A stretch of DNA of 61,124 nt, filler included. It is 5 parts of 5 records of this genome, joined end to end, with 100 filler letters (N's around TTAATTAATTAA, not from the genome) between each part and the next. Parts side by side here need not be neighbours in the genome. Positions count along the whole stretch, not along the records: positions 56,331 to 61,124 come from SRR20825010_1066; 4 more parts are not named here. One strand, given 5' to 3'. This document shows, piece after piece, positions 58,571 through 61,124 of the stretch (positions are counted from its first letter, which is position 1; each line of letters begins with the position of its first letter). The notes under the pieces were generated by a model. The model was not told the origin of the DNA. It saw nothing but the letters and a program-made list of their open reading frames with translations, and did no database searches. Made by a program: the position numbers and the translations under genes.

Positions 58571-59530
58571 CTAAAGCGCGTCGCCCCAGTCGGCTTTGCG
58601 GGCGGCCCTGAAGGAGGGGCCTTCGCGGCGGGTGACAAGGCGTTCCTCCAGAGCGCCGCTGCTGGTGCACAGTTTCAGGCGCACCATGCCGCTGGCCTTC
58701 TTTGGCGGGGCGAGCACTCGGTCGGGTCGGTCGTCGGGTGCGTGGCGAGACACCGCCAGAAAGCAGAATTTTTCATCCTCCCACGGCACCTCGCCGCCCT
58801 TGGCTGTGCGGTGCAGGCGCGAGCGGGCGACGCGGCGCGAAAAATGACACCAGTCGGGGTCCCCCACCGGGCAGGGCGCGTGATGCGGGCAGGGGGCCAG
58901 AATGTAAGCGCCGAGAGCGGTAAGTCGGACGCGTGCGGCAAGAATGCGCTGCCATCCGGCAGGGGTGCCTGGCTCCACGATCACCAGCGTGTCGGTGGTC
59001 AGGGACCAGAGGCGGTCGATCAGCGCTTCGCGCACCGCCGGGGCAAGCTCATCCAGAACGTAACAGAGCGTCACGAGGTCGGCCGGCGCGATATCGGTGA
59101 GACCGCCTTCGATGCTTGCCGCAAGCCACCTGGTGTTCACGGGAAGAGCTTCAGCAAGCCTTGCGCCCGCCTCGCGCATGGCAGCGCTTGTTTCAACAAG
59201 TGTCGCCACACCAAGATGTGGCCACACTGCATGTGCCGCCCAAAGCGCTGTGCCGGGGCCCGCGCCGACGTCGAGCATGCGCGATGGCGCAAGATCCCGA
59301 CGCCGGGCCGCCGTCTCGGAAACGCACTGGCGCACCGCGGCATAAGTGGCGGGCAGACGGGTTGCCAGATAGGCTTTTGCCGCCAGCGTGTCCCCCACAT
59401 GCAGGCTACCATCGCGGGTTTCGGCGCGATAGCGCTGCGACAGGCGCCGGGCGGCGTCCTGTATATCGGAAAGCGGGGTGCCTTCCAGAAGTGCATCGAC
59501 TGCCTGGCGCAGCGGGGCGGGAAGCTCCAT
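58571..59530 (-). CDS. Rsm22-like SAM-dependent methyltransferase
   Basis: YLATRLPATY, LDVGAGPGT, VEPGTPAG, APCPHHAPCP, WCHF, EDEKF. Confidence 0.85.
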   Translation of the reverse strand: MELPAPLRQAVDALLEGTPLSDIQDAARRLSQRYRAETRDGSLHVGDTLAAKAYLATRLPATYAAVRQCVSETAARRRDLAPSRMLDVGAGPGTALWAAHAVWPHLGVATLVETSAAMREAGARLAEALPVNTRWLAASIEGGLTDIAPADLVTLCYVLDELAPAVREALIDRLWSLTTDTLVIVEPGTPAGWQRILAARVRLTALGAYILAPCPHHAPCPVGDPDWCHFSRRVARSRLHRTAKGGEVPWEDEKFCFLAVSRHAPDDRPDRVLAPPKKASGMVRLKLCTSSGALEERLVTRREGPSFRAARKADWGDAL

Positions 59531-59663
59531 TTGAAACCCGGGTGGTTGGTGTGCGAAACGGGTGCGACATAGCGGCAGGCGGTAAAACCCGCAACCGCAT
59601 TTTTGACAGCCATTTCGCAACGCGCGAAAACACGCTATACAGCGCCGCCAACTCGGGAAACTC

Positions 59664-61124
59664 ATGGCCAAGGTCCCACTCAAGCTCGATCAGATCATCG
59701 ATGGCGCGGCGTTGCGTGCCGAGTTATCAGCCTTTGCCGAACAGTCGAGCGGTCCAGAGCAGCGCTCGAAGGTTATGAAGGCACTGAAGGCGCGCATAGC
59801 TGAAGGCCGCAAAGTCGCTGAAACCATGCTGATGAATGATGGGGGGGGCACGGCCTGCGCGGCGCGTCTCTCGCATCTCATGGATGTGATCATCACCGAG
59901 GTGCAGCTTTTTGCGGCAACGCATGTCTATCCGACACAAAACCCTTCATCGGCAGAGCGGTTGGCGATCGTCGCGGTCGGTGGCTATGGGCGTGGCACGC
60001 TGGCGCCAGGCTCCGATATAGATCTCCTGTTTCTGCTTCCTTACAAGCAAACCCCGTGGGGCGAGCAGATCGTTGAATATGTGCTCTATATGCTGTGGGA
60101 CATGGGGCTGAAGGTCGGTCATGCCACCCGCAACATCGATGAGTGCATCCGCCAGGCGCGCACCGACATGACGATCCGCACTGCGGTTCTGGAAGCGCGC
60201 TTCATTTGCGGTGAGAAGCCTCTCTACGAGGAAATGGTCGAGCGCTTCGACGAGGAAGTGGTCAAGGATACGGGCGCCGAATACAGCCAGGCCAAGCTGG
60301 CCGAGCGCGACCTGCGCCATGCCAAGGCGGGCGAGAGCCGCTATCTGGTCGAGCCCAATGTGAAGGACGGGAAGGGCGGCCTGCGCGACTTGCACACGCT
60401 GTTCTGGATCGGCAAATATTTTTACCGTGTGCGCCGCGCGGAAGACCTGGTGGGTCAGGGCGTTTTCACCCGCAAGGAATATCTCCAGTTTCGCAAGGCG
60501 GAAGATTTTCTCTGGGCAGTGCGCTGCCACATGCACTTTCTTACCGGAAAGGCTGAAGAGCGGCTGCATTTCGATATTCAGCGCGATATTGCCGAGCGGC
60601 TTGGCTATACGAGCCATCCCGGCCTGTCGGCGGTCGAGCGTTTCATGAAGCACTACTTCCTGACCGCCAAGGGCGTGGGCGACCTGACCCGCATCTTCTG
60701 TGCGGCTCTTGAGGAGGAGCAGGGCAAGCATGTGCCCGGCTTCAACCGCTTTTTCATGAATTTCTCGCGCCGCCGCAGAAAACTTGCAGGCACCAGCGAT
60801 TTCATCGTCGACAATCACCGCATCAACGTGGCCGACGAAGGTGTGTTCGAGCGCGACCCGGTGAACCTGTTGCGCCTCTTCTGGTTCGCAGACCGGCACG
60901 GGCTCGAATATCACCCCGAAGCGCTGAAGCTGCTTACCCGTTCGCTCAAGCTGATCGATCGCAATCTGCGCCGCGACAAGGAGGCCAATCGCCTCTTCAT
61001 GGATGTGCTGACATCCGACCGCGATCCCGCGCTCAATATGCGCCGCATGAACGAGGCAGGCGTTCTGGGCAAGCTCATCCCCGATTTTAACAAGATCGTG
61101 GCGATGATGCAGTTCAACATGTAC
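59664..61124 (+). CDS. glnD: [Protein-PII] uridylyltransferase (3' truncated; absent from the ORF track because no stop is reached)
   Basis: Manual translation MAKVPLKLD...AVGGYGRGTLAPGSDIDLLFL...EPNVKDGKGGLRDL...IVAMMQFNMY. Confidence 0.96.
   Translation, partial: MAKVPLKLDQIIDGAALRAELSAFAEQSSGPEQRSKVMKALKARIAEGRKVAETMLMNDGGGTACAARLSHLMDVIITEVQLFAATHVYPTQNPSSAERLAIVAVGGYGRGTLAPGSDIDLLFLLPYKQTPWGEQIVEYVLYMLWDMGLKVGHATRNIDECIRQARTDMTIRTAVLEARFICGEKPLYEEMVERFDEEVVKDTGAEYSQAKLAERDLRHAKAGESRYLVEPNVKDGKGGLRDLHTLFWIGKYFYRVRRAEDLVGQGVFTRKEYLQFRKAEDFLWAVRCHMHFLTGKAEERLHFDIQRDIAERLGYTSHPGLSAVERFMKHYFLTAKGVGDLTRIFCAALEEEQGKHVPGFNRFFMNFSRRRRKLAGTSDFIVDNHRINVADEGVFERDPVNLLRLFWFADRHGLEYHPEALKLLTRSLKLIDRNLRRDKEANRLFMDVLTSDRDPALNMRRMNEAGVLGKLIPDFNKIVAMMQFNMY

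Noticed and set aside
59946-60914. 322-aa minus-strand ORF
   Set aside because: Antisense to glnD, which is clearly the real gene on the plus strand

Overview
This window is not one continuous locus. It holds five contigs joined by four artificial 100-nt linkers (N44-TTAATTAATTAA-N44), and gene content and style suggest different marine Alphaproteobacteria (taxonomy is my inference). (1) 1-17130: end of rpoA, rplQ, accessory enzymes, a Do/HtrA protease, the rarA-crcB-RluA-HAD-ATP12 block interrupted by a TetR/YciI pair and a four-gene sugar-modification cassette, and a partial pccB. (2) 17231-21974: Rhodobacteraceae-type nuoD-nuoF segment with interspersed accessory genes. (3) 22075-46519: Thalassospira-like Wzx/Wzy polysaccharide locus. 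Its variable half has a priming transferase, TagA-, TagD- and TagF-like enzymes, an amidotransferase, galE and two gene remnants. Its export half has Wzc, a TPR-like protein, an outer-membrane beta-barrel, Wza and a phosphatase. (4) 46620-56230: mazG, recX, a chromosomal dif site, tatD-holB-tmk-dacA-rlpA-mltB, tRNA-Ser(TGA) and the start of an integrase. (5) 56331-61124: mutS, a methyltransferase and glnD. The most notable observation is a pair of secreted Ala-rich proteins built from exact 15-residue Pro-initiated repeats. They share a C-terminal ENPxQxxSP(T/N) motif and flank the beta-barrel gene inside the EPS export cluster, which suggests an EPS-linked protein display or sorting system. 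No CRISPR array or rRNA gene was seen.
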